In this document: positions 61,234-64,000 of the stretch, piece after piece | How the letters are laid out: the number at the start of each line of letters is the position of its first letter | How positions within the stretch are numbered: position 1 is the stretch's first letter | Source of the DNA: Felis catus | Taxonomy: Eukaryota | Direction of reading: 5' to 3' | Length of the DNA stretch: 64,000 bases | Assembly (NCBI RefSeq): GCF_018350175.1 | Contig: NC_058377.1 | Span: 20,894,001 to 20,958,000 of the forward strand | Made by a program: the position numbers and the translations under genes | Notes under the pieces: generated by a model | Database searches by the model: none | Seen by the model: only the letters and a program-made list of their open reading frames with translations | Told to the model about the DNA's origin: nothing

Positions 61234-62548
61234 TGATGATTTTTTTCTGAACTCCTGATTTCTATTGTATCTTCAATTCCCATGGACCTAACCCTGCGTA
61301 TGCCTATTTTACACCTAGATGTTCCCAATGATTTTTTGCCCCATCTCTCTCAGGTCTGGAATGTAGCAAATGGTCTGTATTCAGCTTCTTTGTCAGTCTT
61401 CTTACAGCAACATTGTTTAATTTCTCTCTCCTCCCCGCTGCCTCAGGCATAAAATATATCTGTCTGATATTCAAAATTATCTATACATTGCTTCCACTAG
61501 TATCAGAAAATCTTTATCTCCTGCAATCCCCTGAAGAAAGCTCTCTCATCTAGGGATGCTGTTTGCCTCATCTTCTCTGTAATTTGCTCTAATCTCTCCC
61601 TGATCTCCTCACTGCCTTCCATTTTTGAACATGAATGAGATTCCTTTAATCTCTCACAAATTTACTCTCTGTAGTGAAGTTGGGACATTGATTCCTCTAC
61701 AAGCCCTTTATGAATATTTTATCTCACACTGATTTATTCATACCTGAAATCTCTAGTGTTCATGGTAATTATGCATAAACACCCAAGCATGTGGTGCCTT
61801 GGACTACTTGGATGTTCCACGAGCATATGTCATGTCTTCCTAAGAGAAACACGCCTTCTCCAGTTTCCCATGAGCATTTTGGGGATTAAGCAGTGGAAAT
61901 GTTAAGGAGCCAACTTTAGTTTGATTTTTATAAACTTAAGTTTAACTCCCTGGTCAGGCAGTTATTAGCTGAGAGAGAGGGATCATGGTACTTAATTTCT
62001 CTGTTCTTCCAGTTGTCAAATTAACAATGGGGATATCATTATTATTTTACTTAAACAAATTATTATTTAACAATGGCGATATCATTATTATTTACTTAGA
62101 TAATTATTATTTTACTTAGAATGCAGTAGGACACATAACATATGACCTATGTTTCTTTATACTCACTAGTTTATTCAATGTAGTAATATTTCCCATTATG
62201 CTCCTAACCAACCCCCCCCCCCCCCGCAATTATATAGTTTCTGTCTGAATGAATTCAGTGATGAAGCAATCATTATTTTGCAAGAAAGTCCATTCCAATG
62301 TTGGGTAGATCAATATATAATGTCCTTTATATCAGTGGTAGATAGGGATCCCTGATATTTCAACCAATTTAGTTTAGATTTTCTCTCTCCATATTCATTG
62401 AAATGGATATGATTTAAAAAAAAGAATAAGAGGTAACAAGTGTTACTGAATGTAGGGAAACTAAAACTTCTATATATTGCTAGTGAAAATGCAAAATGGT
62501 ATAGCCACTTTGGAAAACAGCTTGGCAGTTTCTTAAAAAGTGAAACAT

Positions 62549-63095
62549 CACCCTAGGACCCAGCAATTGCACTACTAATTATTTATCTAAGGGATACAGG
62601 TGTGCTGTTTTGGAGGGACATACGCACCTCAATGTTTATAGCAGNNNNNNNNNNNNNNNNNNNNNNNNNNNNNNNNNNNNNNNNNNNNNNNNNNNNNNNN
62701 NNNNNNNNNNNNNNNNNNNNNNNNNNNNNNNNNNNNNNNNNNNNNNNNNNNNNNNNNNNNNNNNNNNNNNNNNNNNNNNNNGGAACTGGAGGGTATTACA
62801 CTAAGCAAAATTAGCCAGTCAGAGAAAAACAAATATCATATGACTTCACTCATATGAGGACTTTAAGAGACAAAACAGGTGAACATAAGGGAAGGGAAAC
62901 AAAAATAATATAAAAACAGGGAGGGGGACAAAACATGAGACTCTTAAATATGGAGAACAAACAGAGGGGTTACTGGAGGGGTTGTGGGAAGGGGGGATGG
63001 ACTAAATGGGTAAGGGACATTAAGGAATCTACTCCTGAAATCACTGTTGCAGTATATGCTAACTAATTTGGATGTAAATTTTAAAAAAATTAAAA
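62549..63095 (+). mobile_element. Young felid-type L1 3' end, 5'-truncated, with 14-bp TSD
   Basis: TSD aaaaagt(g/t)aaacat at 62535-62548 / 63096-63109; body caccctaggacccagcaattgcactacta...ctcctgaaatcactgttgc plus A tail. Confidence 0.88.
62645..62781. other. Assembly gap (137 N)
   Basis: Run of N inside a young L1 3' end. Confidence 0.99.
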
Positions 63096-64000
63096 AAAAA
63101 GTTAAACATGAATTTACCTAATGATCTAGCATTTCCATTTTTAGGAATCTACAGAAGAGAGAAGACTTATGTCCAAATAACCTTGAATGTTTATAGAATT
63201 ACTTGTAATAGCCAAAGCCTGGAAACAATCATGTTTATTGTTCATTGTTGAATGGATTTAAGAAAAAAGAGTATAGTCATGCAATGAACTATCACTTAGC
63301 AACAAAAAGGAACAAAGTACTAATGCACAAAAATGGATAGAAATCAAAAACAGTGTGCTAAGTGAGAGAAGCCAGACACAAAGGTCACATATTGTATGCT
63401 TCCATTCTGATGAAATGTCCCATAAAGACAACTCTATAAAGAGAGAAAGAAGATTAGTGGTTGTCTAGGACCGGGCTGAGACAGGGAATGACCACAAATG
63501 GTCGGACAGATTTTTCTGAAGTGATGGAAATGTTCTAAAATTGGATTGTGATAATAGTTGTACCACTTTGTAAATTTAATAATCACCATTGAATCGTATA
63601 TTTAACCAGGTTAATTTAATGGTTGCAATGTACATTTTAATGAGCTGTTAAAAAGAAAGAAACCTAAAGAAGGAAAATGTGCTGATTGACACAAAACATG
63701 ACTTAAATGGAAAGAAAGATACTGTTTGCTCAATATGAGTATAAAAAATATTTAAATTCCTTCTAAAATTTAAAACAGGTTATTTTGAAATATTACATTT
63801 ACAGGAAAGTTAAAAAATGAATAAGGCACAGAAATAAAAGGCAGAGCATAGAGAATATAGTCAACGGTGCCGTAACGGTGTTGTATGGTGACAGATGGTA
63901 GCCATACTTGGGAGCACAGCATAATGGATAAACTTATTGAATCACTATGTTGTACACCTGAAACTAATGTGATGTTATGTATAAACTATACTCAAATAAA

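Larger units (their letters stand above)
62420..64000 (+). mobile_element. Old L1M 3' region hosting the young L1; another L1 3' end at about 63780-64000
   Basis: atagccactttggaaaacagcttggcagtttc...gtgagagaagccagacacaaagg...gtgatggaaatgttctaaaattgg. Confidence 0.8.

Noticed and set aside
1-64000. tRNA genes, CRISPR arrays, prokaryotic systems
   Set aside because: tRNA-like A/B boxes belong to SINE heads; there are no regularly spaced repeats; the DNA is mammalian.

Overview
Eukaryotic (mammalian, felid) genomic DNA. About 39 carnivore tRNA-derived Can-SINEs, including near-identical young felid-type copies, and carnivore L1 3' ends point to a cat-family genome; there are two N-gaps. The window is the TMEM225 / olfactory-receptor neighbourhood, recognised from memory as orthologous to human 11q24.1. 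It contains: a 4-exon TMEM225 (+, 7496-9984, 228 aa, mostly invisible to the ORF track); intact OR4D5 (+) and OR6T1 (-); an OR8B-family receptor (+) whose last ~10 codons appear frameshifted; and a frameshifted OR10S1 pseudogene (-). The rest is L1/L2/MIR/SINE/LTR/MER debris plus a truncated 5S rRNA pseudogene. I found no new multi-gene system. The most unusual signals are: (1) a 159-bp, 157/159-identical inverted duplication of TMEM225 intron 3, pasted into an old L1 1.3 kb past the stop, bracketing the last exon and carrying an AATAAA; (2) an OR10S1 pseudogene whose damaging substitutions are almost all A/T->G/C, suggesting GC-biased gene conversion; (3) a duplicated 56-bp DR1/RFX/MYB-like module upstream of the testis gene TMEM225; (4) TMEM225 apparently inverted relative to the human gene order. 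Gene symbols and human/mouse comparisons are from recall, not database searches. Repeat boundaries are approximate (about +/-10-30 bp unless a TSD is given).
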